Shown: positions 9,506 through 19,481, counted from the first letter of the stretch. The stretch is 60,654 nucleotides of DNA from Flavobacteriaceae bacterium (GCA_029939235.1 JAOZTG010000001.1:1-60654); one strand, 5' to 3'. Notes: generated by a model not told the origin, from the sequence alone. Numbers and translations: made by a program.

Positions 9506-10807
9506 ATGAAAACCCCAAAAATTGCCATTGTCGGATTAGGTTATGTTGGTTTACCGTTAGCTGTTGAATTTGCTAAAAAATATCAGGTTGTCGGATTTGA
9601 TATTAATCAGCCACGAGTTGATGAATTAAAACAAAATAAAGACCATACTTTAGAGACTTCACCTGAAGATCTTGAATCAGTTAACCTTTCTTCATTTGAA
9701 GAATTAAAAAATAATTCTACAGGTTTATGGTTAACTACTGATCTGCAAGAATTAAAAGATGCTAATTTCTATGTTGTCACAGTTCCAACTCCGGTTGATA
9801 AAAATCACCGTCCTGATCTTACTCCGCTTTATAAAGCAAGTGAAAGTATTGGAAAGATATTGAGTAAAAATGATATTGTTGTTTATGAATCAACAGTTTA
9901 CCCAGGAGCAACTGAAGAAGATTGCATGCCGTATTTAGAACAAAACTCAGGTCTGAAGTTTAATAAAGATTTTTATCTTGGATATTCTCCAGAGAGGATT
10001 AATCCGGGAGATAAAGAACATACGGTTACGAAGATTTTAAAAGTCACTTCTGGTTCAACTCCTGAAATTGCAGAATATGTAGATGAAGTTTACAGATCTA
10101 TTATTGTGGCAGGAACGCATAAAGCATCCTCTATTAAAGTAGCTGAGGCTGCAAAAGTGATAGAAAATGCCCAACGTGATGTGAATATTGCTTTTGTGAA
10201 TGAGTTATCTAAGATATTTCGTTTGATGGATATTGATACCAATGATGTTCTGGAAGCAGCAGGAACAAAATGGAATTTTTTACCATTTAGACCAGGATTA
10301 GTTGGAGGGCATTGTATTGGCGTAGATCCTTATTATTTGGCACACAAAGCTGTTGAATTGGGTTATAATCCTGAAATTATTCTTGCAGGTAGAAGACTAA
10401 ATGATAGTATGGGGCCTTATGTTGCCCAAGAGACCATCAAGTTGATGATCAAAAAAGGAATTTCCGTAAGTAACTCTAATATACTTGTATTAGGAATCAC
10501 TTTTAAAGAAGATTGTCCGGATATTAGAAATACCCGTGCAATTGATATTATTCGTGAATTAGAATCGTATTCAGTTAATGTAGATATTTTTGATCCATGG
10601 GCTTCTGCTGAGGAGGTAAAGAATGAATATGGTGTTGACCTCACAACAGAAAAAGAAGATTTAAAAAATAATTATGATGCTGTGATTTTAGCAGTTTCGC
10701 ATAAAGAATTTAAACAACTAGATTTGAGTCAGTTTGTTAACGGAAAACATGTTAAATTTGACGTGAAATCAATTCTTGATAAAAAGAATATTGATAGTAG
10801 GTTATAA
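9506..10807 (+). CDS. UDP-N-acetylhexosamine (nucleotide-sugar) dehydrogenase, WbpO/TviB-like
   Basis: GLGYVGLP, YESTVYPG, SPERINPG, GLVGGHCIGVDPYY. Confidence 0.92.
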   Translation: MKTPKIAIVGLGYVGLPLAVEFAKKYQVVGFDINQPRVDELKQNKDHTLETSPEDLESVNLSSFEELKNNSTGLWLTTDLQELKDANFYVVTVPTPVDKNHRPDLTPLYKASESIGKILSKNDIVVYESTVYPGATEEDCMPYLEQNSGLKFNKDFYLGYSPERINPGDKEHTVTKILKVTSGSTPEIAEYVDEVYRSIIVAGTHKASSIKVAEAAKVIENAQRDVNIAFVNELSKIFRLMDIDTNDVLEAAGTKWNFLPFRPGLVGGHCIGVDPYYLAHKAVELGYNPEIILAGRRLNDSMGPYVAQETIKLMIKKGISVSNSNILVLGITFKEDCPDIRNTRAIDIIRELESYSVNVDIFDPWASAEEVKNEYGVDLTTEKEDLKNNYDAVILAVSHKEFKQLDLSQFVNGKHVKFDVKSILDKKNIDSRL

Positions 10808-10834
10808 ATATCTACATAGAATAAAGATTAACTT

Positions 10835-11890
10835 ATGGGTGAAAAAAAGGATGTAATTTTAGTAACAGGAGCGGCTGGTTTTATTGGGCATCACTTGTCT
10901 AAATTATTATTGAAAAACGGGTATAAAGTTGTTGGGATTGATAATATCAATGACTACTATGATGTTAATCTAAAATATGCCAGATTAAAAGATATGAATA
11001 TCAATAAAGAAGATATTCATTATAATAAACCTGTGGAAGGTGATATTACATTTATTAAATTAGATCTTACAGATAAAGACAATATGATGGATCTGTTTAA
11101 AACTTACAGATTTGATTATGTTGTTAATCTTGCTGCTCAGGCTGGTGTTCGTTATTCTCTGATCAATCCTCACGCATATGTTGATAGTAATATTACCGGT
11201 TTTTTGAATATTTTAGAAGGTTGCAGACATTATCCGGTGAAACATCTGGTATATGCATCCTCAAGTTCGGTATACGGGTTAAATCAGGATATTCCATTTA
11301 AGACCAGCGATCATACCGATCATCCTTTGGCAATGTATGCTGCTAGCAAAAAAGCCAATGAAATGATGGCTCATTCGTATGCACAGTTATATAATATTCC
11401 TAGTACCGGATTGAGATTCTTTACGGTTTATGGACCATGGGGCAGACCAGATATGGCATTGCATATTTTTACAAAAGCCATTGTGGAAGATAAAGAATTT
11501 GAAGTATTTAATTTTGGTAAAATGAGTCGTGATTTCACTTACGTGGATGATATTGTGGAAAGTGTTAAGCGATTGATTCCAAAACCACCAAAAGCAAATA
11601 ATCCGAAATACGATCCTAAAAACCCCAACCCTGCGGTGAGTTCGGCTCCATATCAATTATTCAATGTAGGGAATAATAGTCCGGTAGCTTTAATGGATTA
11701 TGTACATGCAGTGGAAAAAGCATTGGGCAAAAAAGGTAAAATTGTTTATAAAGAATTGCAACCAGGCGATGTTCCATCTACCTATGCTGATGTGCAAAGC
11801 TTATATGATTATATTGATTTTAAGCCATCTACTACTATTGAAGAAGGGATTAAAATATTTGTAGATAAATATCTGGAATTAAATACCTAG
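10835..11890 (+). CDS. NAD-dependent epimerase, UDP-glucuronate 4-epimerase-like
   Basis: TGAAGFIG, LAAQAGVRYS, YAASKKANE, LRFFTVYGPWGRPDMA. Confidence 0.92.
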   Translation: MGEKKDVILVTGAAGFIGHHLSKLLLKNGYKVVGIDNINDYYDVNLKYARLKDMNINKEDIHYNKPVEGDITFIKLDLTDKDNMMDLFKTYRFDYVVNLAAQAGVRYSLINPHAYVDSNITGFLNILEGCRHYPVKHLVYASSSSVYGLNQDIPFKTSDHTDHPLAMYAASKKANEMMAHSYAQLYNIPSTGLRFFTVYGPWGRPDMALHIFTKAIVEDKEFEVFNFGKMSRDFTYVDDIVESVKRLIPKPPKANNPKYDPKNPNPAVSSAPYQLFNVGNNSPVALMDYVHAVEKALGKKGKIVYKELQPGDVPSTYADVQSLYDYIDFKPSTTIEEGIKIFVDKYLELNT

Positions 11891-11892
11891 TA

Positions 11893-12690
11893 ATGGATGC
11901 AAATCTGAAAATTGCTGTTCAGGCAGCTGTTCATGGTGGTGATGAGATCATGAAGATATATCAATTAGAGGACTTGGGAGTTGAATACAAGGAAGATGAT
12001 TCTCCTTTGACCTTAGCAGATAAAAAGTGCAATGATGTTATCATTTCCTATTTGGAAAACACTGAATTTCCAATCATAAGTGAAGAGATTAAAAATTTAG
12101 AATTTTCTGAAAGAAAAGACTGGGAAACCTGTTGGATCGTGGATCCGCTTGATGGAACCAAAGAATTTGTAAAGCGTAATGGAGAGTTTACCGTAAATAT
12201 CGCGTTAGTGAAAAACGGAAAACCATTATTAGGCGTTATTTATGTTCCGGTAACGAAAGAACTTTATTTTGCAGACGTTTCAAAAAAAACAACCTTAAAA
12301 TCTGTTTTATCAGAGCATAAAGTTGATCTTGATAATTTAGCTGATTTATCCAAAGAAATTAAACCGGCTTCTTCTAACAAAAAATTGGTTAGAGTTGTTG
12401 GTAGTCGTTCTCATATGAGTGAGGCTACTCAGAATTTTGTAGAAACTTTAAAAAATGATTTTGATCAGGTAGAAATTGTATCCAAAGGTAGTTCCTTAAA
12501 ATTTTGTTTGGTTGCAGAAGGAAGAGCAGATGTTTATCCTCGATATGCGCCCACCATGGAATGGGATACTGCTGCTGGCCAGGCTATATGCGAAGCAGTT
12601 GGATTAAGAGTAATTTCGAATGAAACAAACAAACCTCTTCTTTACAATAAAGAAAACTTATTGAATCCATGGTTTTTGGTTTCTAAATAA
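11893..12690 (+). CDS. cysQ: 3'(2'),5'-bisphosphate nucleotidase CysQ
   Basis: SPLTLAD, VDPLDGTKEF, GSSLKFC, EWDTAAG. Confidence 0.95.
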   Translation: MDANLKIAVQAAVHGGDEIMKIYQLEDLGVEYKEDDSPLTLADKKCNDVIISYLENTEFPIISEEIKNLEFSERKDWETCWIVDPLDGTKEFVKRNGEFTVNIALVKNGKPLLGVIYVPVTKELYFADVSKKTTLKSVLSEHKVDLDNLADLSKEIKPASSNKKLVRVVGSRSHMSEATQNFVETLKNDFDQVEIVSKGSSLKFCLVAEGRADVYPRYAPTMEWDTAAGQAICEAVGLRVISNETNKPLLYNKENLLNPWFLVSK

Positions 12691-13115
12691 TGAAAGATTC
12701 TTCGCAAAAGCGGCATATTGCAAAAACAATTACCTGGAGAATTGTTGGAACCATCGATACAATTATTCTTTCATGGATTATTTCCGGTGATCCATTGGTT
12801 GGTTTAAAAATTGGAGCGGCAGAAGTAATTACTAAAATGTTATTGTATTATTTTCATGAAAGGGTTTGGTTTAAAATTAACTTGACTAAAGATGGAAGAG
12901 TTCTTGAGAGTAAAAAACGTCATATAGCTAAAACAGTTACCTGGAGATTTATTGGAACGATGGATACGATGCTTTTGGCATGGATCATATCTGGAAATCC
13001 GCTAACGGGTTTAAAAATTGGTTTTGCCGAAGTCATAACTAAAATGGTTTTATACTATTTACATGAAAGGGTTTGGTATAAAATGGATTATGGATTAGAG
13101 CAAAGAAAATTTTAA
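12690..13115 (+). CDS. Tandem DUF2061-type small membrane protein
   Basis: Two copies of KRHIAKT-TWR--GT-DT...KM-LYY-HERVW. Confidence 0.85.
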   Translation: MKDSSQKRHIAKTITWRIVGTIDTIILSWIISGDPLVGLKIGAAEVITKMLLYYFHERVWFKINLTKDGRVLESKKRHIAKTVTWRFIGTMDTMLLAWIISGNPLTGLKIGFAEVITKMVLYYLHERVWYKMDYGLEQRKF

Positions 13116-13119
13116 CAAA

Positions 13120-13716
13120 ATGGATAAAAATATTGTCAAACATAATTATCAGGTAAATAGAGAAAACAGAAGGGGTTTAAATAAACAAAATTCTTTTTTA
13201 ATCTGGTTTACAGGCTTGTCGGGTTCCGGAAAATCCACTATAGCAAATGCATTGGAGTATAAATTATTTCAGGAGGGTTATAAAACCTATGCTCTAGATG
13301 GTGATAATATCCGTAAAGGAATTAATAAGGATCTGACTTTTAGTCCGGAAGACAGAACAGAAAATATTCGTCGAATTGCTGAGGTAGCAAATCTGATGGT
13401 AGATGCAGGGTTAATTGTTTTTGGAGCATTTGTTTCTCCTTATAAAAAAGACAGAAAGAATATTGAAAATATTGTAGGAAAAGATAACTTTGTCGAAATT
13501 TTTGTAAACACCTCTTTGGAAGAATGTGAAAAGCGAGATGTGAAGGGTTTATACAAAATGGCAAGAGCAGGGGAGATCAAGGATTTTACTGGAGTAAATG
13601 CTCCTTATGAAAAACCAGAGGATTCTGCTATTGAAATAATAACAGATAACAAAACAGTAGAAGAATCTGTTGAATTAATTTATAATAAGATTAAAAACAA
13701 AATAAAAAATGACTAA
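13120..13716 (+). CDS. cysC: Adenylyl-sulfate kinase
   Basis: WFTGLSGSGKSTIA, LDGDNIR, RDVKGLY, FTGVNAPYE. Confidence 0.97.
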   Translation: MDKNIVKHNYQVNRENRRGLNKQNSFLIWFTGLSGSGKSTIANALEYKLFQEGYKTYALDGDNIRKGINKDLTFSPEDRTENIRRIAEVANLMVDAGLIVFGAFVSPYKKDRKNIENIVGKDNFVEIFVNTSLEECEKRDVKGLYKMARAGEIKDFTGVNAPYEKPEDSAIEIITDNKTVEESVELIYNKIKNKIKND

Positions 13717-14614
13717 ATATTTCTTAAATTATTTGGATGAACTGGAAGCGGAGGCAATTTTTGTTTTGCGTGAAGTTTATGCTCAATTTGAAAATCCTGT
13801 AATTTTGTTTTCAGGAGGTAAAGATTCTATCGTATTAGCACATTTGGCATATAAAGCATTTTATCCGGCAAAAATACCATTTCCGTTGATGCACATTGAT
13901 ACGGGTCATAATTTTCCTGAAACCATTCAATTTAGAGATGATTTAATTGAACGATTCGGAGCACAATTAATTGTGGGTTCTGTTCAAAAAGCAATTAATG
14001 ATAAAAGAGTGGTAGAAGAAAAAGGAAAGAATGCAACTCGTAATGAATTGCAAATAACGACTTTATTGGATGCTATTGAAGAAAACCAGATCGATTGTGC
14101 TATTGGTGGAGGAAGGCGTGATGAGGAAAAAGCAAGAGCAAAAGAACGTTTTTTCTCACATCGTGATGATTTTGGACAATGGTCACCAAAGAATCAAAGA
14201 CCTGAATTATGGAATTTGTTCAATGGTAAAATGAATCAGGGAGAACATTTTAGAGCTTTTCCGATAAGTAACTGGACAGAAATGGATGTATGGAATTATA
14301 TCCTTAAAGAAAATATTGAAATCCCTTCCTTATATTATGCACATGATCGGGAAGTTGTTTTTAGAAATGGAAGCTGGATTCCTGTATCGGAATATTTGAT
14401 CAAGCAGGATGGAGAAGAAATTCACAAAAAGAAAATTCGATTTAGAACCCTAGGTGATATTACCATTACAGGAGGTATTGAAAGTGAAGCAGATACTTTA
14501 GAAAAAATTGTGGAAGAAGTTTCGGCTATGCGTCAAACGGAAAGAGGGAATAGAGCAGATGATAAAAGAAGTGAATCGTCTATGGAAGATCGTAAAAGAC
14601 AAGGGTATTTTTAA
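13709..14614 (+). CDS. cysD: Sulfate adenylyltransferase subunit 2
   Basis: FSGGKDS, GGRRDEEKARAKER, QRPELW, RFRTLG. Confidence 0.97.
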   Translation: MTKYFLNYLDELEAEAIFVLREVYAQFENPVILFSGGKDSIVLAHLAYKAFYPAKIPFPLMHIDTGHNFPETIQFRDDLIERFGAQLIVGSVQKAINDKRVVEEKGKNATRNELQITTLLDAIEENQIDCAIGGGRRDEEKARAKERFFSHRDDFGQWSPKNQRPELWNLFNGKMNQGEHFRAFPISNWTEMDVWNYILKENIEIPSLYYAHDREVVFRNGSWIPVSEYLIKQDGEEIHKKKIRFRTLGDITITGGIESEADTLEKIVEEVSAMRQTERGNRADDKRSESSMEDRKRQGYF

Positions 14615-14635
14615 TCCTGAATTTATTTCAGAATT
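14613..14635. repeat. Intergenic REP-like hairpin between cysD and cysN
   Basis: AATCCTGAA-tttat-TTCAGAATT, one mismatch. Confidence 0.4.
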
Positions 14636-14659
14636 CTAAAAAATTATAAAAAAATAACA

Positions 14660-15916
14660 ATGAGTTTAGATAATAACCAATTACTACGTTTTACTACTGC
14701 AGGTAGTGTTGATGATGGTAAAAGTACTTTAATAGGAAGATTACTTTATGATTCAAAATCAATTTTTGAAGATCAGATAGCTTCTGTTGAAAAAACAAGT
14801 AAAAGAAAAGGTTTGGAGACAGTAGATCTGGCTTTGTTCACAGATGGTTTAAAAGATGAACGTGAGCAGGGAATTACCATTGATGTTGCCTACAGATATT
14901 TTACAACACCAAAAAGAAAGTTTATCATTGCCGATACGCCGGGGCACATTCAATATACCAGAAATATGGTTACAGGAGCATCTACTGCAAATGTTGCCAT
15001 AGTTTTGATCGATGCAAGAAAAGGGGTAATCGAGCAAACCAAACGTCATTCTTTTATTGCTTCTTTATTACAAATTTCACATGTGATCGTTTGCGTAAAT
15101 AAAATGGATCTTGTTGATTACAGTGAAGAAGTTTTTAATGATATTGTTCGACAATATGAAGAGATATCATCAAAAATGAGCTTTAAAGATGTACGTTATA
15201 TTCCAATAAGTGCTTTGATGGGAGATAATGTTGTACTTAGGTCAGATCAAACTCCCTGGTTTCAAAATGCACCACTATTGCATACTTTGGAAACCATTCA
15301 CATAGCCAGTGATAGCAATATGATTGATGCCCGTTTTCCGGTACAAACGGTATTACGTCCGCAGGATGAAGAAAATAGAGATTATCGAGGATATGCAGGA
15401 GCGGTAGAAGGAGGTATTTTTAGAGTTGGAGATGAAGTAAGGTTAATGCCTTCTGGATTTGATTCAAAGATAAAAACGATCAATCAATATGAAAATTATA
15501 TTGATCAGGCTTTTGCTGGAATGAGTATTGCAATGACCTTGGAAGATGATATTGATCTTAGTAGAGGTGATATGATCGTTAAACGTAATAATGTACCAGA
15601 AAAAACACAAGATCTATCAGCAATGATCTGTTGGTTCAATGATAATTCGGCAAGACCAAGAGCAAAATACACTTTGAAGCATACCACAAATCAACCAATG
15701 GCAATGATTAAAGAGGTAGAGTACAAAGTGGATGTTAACACATTAAAAAGAGTTCTTGATGATAAAGAAATCAATATGAATGACATCTGCAAGGTTAAAA
15801 TAAGAACCACTTCTCCAATTTTAATGGATGAATATGTAAGAAACAGAAAAACAGGTAGTTTTATATTAATTGATGATAATACCAATGAAACGGTAGCAGC
15901 AGGCATGTTGATATAA
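14660..15916 (+). CDS. cysN: Sulfate adenylyltransferase subunit 1 (GTPase)
   Basis: GSVDDGKST, EREQGITIDVAY, DTPGH, NKMD; no fused kinase domain. Confidence 0.96.
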   Translation: MSLDNNQLLRFTTAGSVDDGKSTLIGRLLYDSKSIFEDQIASVEKTSKRKGLETVDLALFTDGLKDEREQGITIDVAYRYFTTPKRKFIIADTPGHIQYTRNMVTGASTANVAIVLIDARKGVIEQTKRHSFIASLLQISHVIVCVNKMDLVDYSEEVFNDIVRQYEEISSKMSFKDVRYIPISALMGDNVVLRSDQTPWFQNAPLLHTLETIHIASDSNMIDARFPVQTVLRPQDEENRDYRGYAGAVEGGIFRVGDEVRLMPSGFDSKIKTINQYENYIDQAFAGMSIAMTLEDDIDLSRGDMIVKRNNVPEKTQDLSAMICWFNDNSARPRAKYTLKHTTNQPMAMIKEVEYKVDVNTLKRVLDDKEINMNDICKVKIRTTSPILMDEYVRNRKTGSFILIDDNTNETVAAGMLI

Positions 15917-15938
15917 TAAAACTTAGAATAAATTATTG

Positions 15939-15966
15939 AAAGCTGTCTTTTTTGACAGCTTTTTTT
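15939..15966 (+). terminator. Intrinsic terminator ending the wza-cysN block
   Basis: AAAGCTGTC/GACAGCTTT stem plus T-run. Confidence 0.85.
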
Positions 15967-16041
15967 ATGGAAATAAAATAAAAAAATATTAAAGATATAA
16001 CACTATATTTGCACACTTAAAAAAATAAAAAACACGAAAGA

Positions 16042-17136
16042 ATGAAAGCTGGAATTGTAGGACTGCCAAATGTTGGAAAATCAACTCTATTTAATTGTTT
16101 ATCAAATGCTAAAGCTCAATCAGCAAATTTTCCTTTTTGTACGATAGAACCAAATTTGGGTGTAGTAAATGTACCTGATTCTCGATTGGAAAAACTGGAA
16201 GAACTAGTTAATCCGGAAAGAGTCATGCCGGCAACTGTAGAAATCGTTGATATTGCAGGATTAGTAAAAGGAGCTAGTAAAGGGGAAGGATTAGGGAATA
16301 AATTTTTAGCAAATATTCGCGAAACAGATGCTATTTTACATGTAGTTCGTTGTTTTGATAATGACAATATAATACATGTTGAAACAACTATTGATCCTGT
16401 AAGAGATAAAGAAATCATTGATTTTGAATTGCAATTGAAAGATCTGGAAACAGTTGATAAAAAATTGGATAAAGTAAAAAAAGCATCTCGAACAGGTGAT
16501 AAACAGGCGCTTAAGGAATTGGATGTGCTCACAAAAGTCAAAACAGGTTTAGAAAATGCAAATTCTGTTAGAGCAATTGAGTTAACTGATAAAGAAAGAG
16601 AAGAGTTTGTAAAACCTTTGCAGTTTTTAACAGATAAGCCTGTTTTATATGTTTGTAATGTGGATGAGGCATCTGCGGTTAGTGGAAATGCTTATGTGGA
16701 AGCTTTGAAAGAATCTGTTAAAAATGAGAATGCATTGGTATTGGTTTTGGCCGTTGCCACTGAAGCAGATATAATGGAACTGGAAGAATATGAAGAAAGA
16801 CAAATGTTTTTAGAAGACCTTGGATTGACCGAGCCAGGTGTTTCAAAACTTATTCGTGCTGCTTATGAACTTTTAAATCTACAGACATATTTTACTGCAG
16901 GAGAGAAGGAAGTTAGGGCCTGGACAATTCATATAGGAGATTCTGCACCAAAAGCTGCAGGAGTCATTCATACAGATTTTGAAAAAGGCTTTATTCGTGC
17001 TGAAGTGATAAAATATGATGAATTTGTTCATTATGGTAGTGAGGCAAAAGTTCGGGAGGCAGGAAAACTCGCTGTAGAGGGAAAAGAATACATTGTGCAG
17101 GATGGTGATATGATGAATTTCAGGTTTAATGTGTAA
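16042..17136 (+). CDS. ychF: Redox-regulated ATPase YchF
   Basis: GIVGLPNVGKST, NFPFCTIEPN, DIAGLV, IHTDFEKGFI; TATATTTG box at 16004-16011. Confidence 0.98.
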   Translation: MKAGIVGLPNVGKSTLFNCLSNAKAQSANFPFCTIEPNLGVVNVPDSRLEKLEELVNPERVMPATVEIVDIAGLVKGASKGEGLGNKFLANIRETDAILHVVRCFDNDNIIHVETTIDPVRDKEIIDFELQLKDLETVDKKLDKVKKASRTGDKQALKELDVLTKVKTGLENANSVRAIELTDKEREEFVKPLQFLTDKPVLYVCNVDEASAVSGNAYVEALKESVKNENALVLVLAVATEADIMELEEYEERQMFLEDLGLTEPGVSKLIRAAYELLNLQTYFTAGEKEVRAWTIHIGDSAPKAAGVIHTDFEKGFIRAEVIKYDEFVHYGSEAKVREAGKLAVEGKEYIVQDGDMMNFRFNV

Positions 17137-17140
17137 AATT

Positions 17141-17183
17141 GTCATTCCCATGAATTCCGATAATTATTGGGAGGGAATCTCAT
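17141..17183. repeat. Nested REP-like palindrome
   Basis: Outer ATTCCC(17144-49)/GGGAAT(17173-78) encloses inner TTCCGATAATTATTGGGA (17155-17172). Confidence 0.5.
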
Positions 17184-17206
17184 TTTAAGTAGGTAAAAGA
17201 GAATAA

Positions 17207-18337
17207 ATGAATTTCGAAATAAAAGGTAAAGACCAAAACTCAAAGGCAAGGGCAGGAGTAATTACTACCGATCACGGTAAAATAGAAACTCCAATTTTTA
17301 TGCCTGTTGGAACCGTTGCATCTGTAAAGGGAGTTCATCAAACAGAACTAAAAAAAGATATCAATGCTGATATTATTTTAGGAAACACCTATCATCTTTA
17401 TCTTCGTCCTAAAACACCTATATTAGAACAAGCCGGAGGATTGCATAAATTTATGAACTGGGATCGGCCAATTTTGACGGATTCTGGTGGTTATCAGGTT
17501 TATTCCTTATCGGATAATAGAAAAATCAAAGAAGAAGGAGTAAAGTTTAAATCACATATTGACGGTTCAACACATTTCTTTTCACCCGAATTTTCCATGG
17601 AAATTCAGCGAAGTATAGGAGCTGATATTATCATGGCATTTGATGAGTGTACGCCATATCCATGTGATTATAATTATGCAAAGAATTCCATGCATATGAC
17701 ACATCGCTGGTTAGACAGATGTGTAAATTGGCTGGATGAAAATCCTGAAAAGTACAGTTTCAAACAAGCATTTTTTCCTATTGTTCAGGGAAGTACATAT
17801 AAAGATCTGCGAAAGCAATCGGCTGAATACATAGCCAATGCAGGAGCTGAAGGTAATGCTATTGGTGGTTTATCTGTTGGAGAACCGGCAGAGGAAATGT
17901 ATGAAATGACTGAGATAGTTTGTGATATTTTGCCATATGATAAACCCCGATACCTGATGGGTGTTGGAACACCGATAAATATTTTAGAAAATATAGCATT
18001 AGGTGTTGATATGTTTGATTGTGTAATGCCAACCAGAAATGCTCGTAACGGCATGCTGTTTACAGCTCATGGAACCATTAATATAAAGAATAAAAAATGG
18101 GAAAATGATTTTTCTCCAATTGATGAAATGGCAATAACAGAGGTTGACACCTATTATTCAAAAGCTTATTTAAGGCATTTATTTGCAGCAAAAGAATATT
18201 TAGGAAAGCAAATAGCAACTATTCATAATCTTGGATTCTATTTGTGGTTGGTTCGTGAAGCTAGAAAGCATATATTAGCGGGAGATTTTACTGTTTGGAA
18301 AAATAAGATGGTAAAACAAATGGACAAACGCCTGTAA
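17207..18337 (+). CDS. tgt: Queuine tRNA-ribosyltransferase
   Basis: TPIFMPVGT, NTYHL, TDSGGYQV, DMFDCVMPTR. Confidence 0.98.
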   Translation: MNFEIKGKDQNSKARAGVITTDHGKIETPIFMPVGTVASVKGVHQTELKKDINADIILGNTYHLYLRPKTPILEQAGGLHKFMNWDRPILTDSGGYQVYSLSDNRKIKEEGVKFKSHIDGSTHFFSPEFSMEIQRSIGADIIMAFDECTPYPCDYNYAKNSMHMTHRWLDRCVNWLDENPEKYSFKQAFFPIVQGSTYKDLRKQSAEYIANAGAEGNAIGGLSVGEPAEEMYEMTEIVCDILPYDKPRYLMGVGTPINILENIALGVDMFDCVMPTRNARNGMLFTAHGTINIKNKKWENDFSPIDEMAITEVDTYYSKAYLRHLFAAKEYLGKQIATIHNLGFYLWLVREARKHILAGDFTVWKNKMVKQMDKRL

Positions 18338-18389
18338 CAATAACTAATATTTTAGAAAATCCTTTTGTTTAAGAAGGAAATAAGCCTGG

Positions 18390-19481
18390 ATGAAAATTCT
18401 TGATAAATACATATTAAAAAAGTATTTTGTATCATTCTTTTTTACTTTACTGATTTTGATTCCTATTGCGATTGCAATAGATGTTTCAGAAAAAGTTGGT
18501 AAGTTTTTAAAGGCTGAAGATCTTACATTAAACGAAATCATAGGTGAATATTACGTTAGTTTTATTGTAAACTATGGCAATACGTTTATGCCATTGGCCT
18601 TATTTATTTCGGTAATAATGTTTACTTCAAAATTATCAAGTAATACTGAAATAATTGCTATTCACAGTTCTGGAATTTCTTTTACAAGGTTATTACGTCC
18701 CTATTTTATTGGTGCAACTATAATTGCCGTTGTTTCACTTGTTGCAAATCATTTTATCGTACCAAAAACAAATAAAACATTTGAAAATTTTCAAGAGATA
18801 CATTTGCGATCTGCTTATAAAAAAAAGACAAAAAATTCGGTTAGTAAAGTAAACCTGCAATTAAGTGATAATGACTATGTTTACTTTGGAAATTTCAATT
18901 TCAAATCGAATATGGGATATAATTTTTCCTACGAGCATTTCGAGGGAAACGAATTAAAGTATAAAATTATTGGCAGAACTATCAAATGGAAACCAAAGGA
19001 TAGTGTTTTTAGAATAAATAACTATAAAAAAAGGTATATATCTAAGGTAAATGATAGTATATATGCAGGTAGTTATTTGGATACGGCATTTAGCTTTCAG
19101 CCAAAAGATCTTTTATATGTAGATTATCTGGCAAGAGAGATGTCATCAATGGATTTAAGGGAACATATAAAAATTTCGGAAGATCGTGGTGTAAAGAATC
19201 TGAATAACTATAAGGTTGAGTATTATAAACGCACAAGTTTGCCAATATCTTCATTCATTCTAACAATTATTGCAGTAACACTTGCTTCAAAAAAGAGAAG
19301 AGGCGGTATAGGTGTTAATTTAGCCGTTGGGATAAGTTTGATGTTTTTATATGTATTTTTTATGAAGGTGTCAGAAGTATTGGGGTCAACTGCAGAATCA
19401 AATCCGTTTGTAATGGTATGGATGCCTAATTTCATTTTTGGTATCCTTGCCTTGTTTCTATATTTAAATGCAAAGAAATAA
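18390..19481 (+). CDS. LptF/LptG family LPS export permease
   Basis: ILDKYI N-terminus, EIIAIHSSGIS motif, 3+3 TM layout with a periplasmic domain. Confidence 0.9.
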   Translation: MKILDKYILKKYFVSFFFTLLILIPIAIAIDVSEKVGKFLKAEDLTLNEIIGEYYVSFIVNYGNTFMPLALFISVIMFTSKLSSNTEIIAIHSSGISFTRLLRPYFIGATIIAVVSLVANHFIVPKTNKTFENFQEIHLRSAYKKKTKNSVSKVNLQLSDNDYVYFGNFNFKSNMGYNFSYEHFEGNELKYKIIGRTIKWKPKDSVFRINNYKKRYISKVNDSIYAGSYLDTAFSFQPKDLLYVDYLAREMSSMDLREHIKISEDRGVKNLNNYKVEYYKRTSLPISSFILTIIAVTLASKKRRGGIGVNLAVGISLMFLYVFFMKVSEVLGSTAESNPFVMVWMPNFIFGILALFLYLNAKK

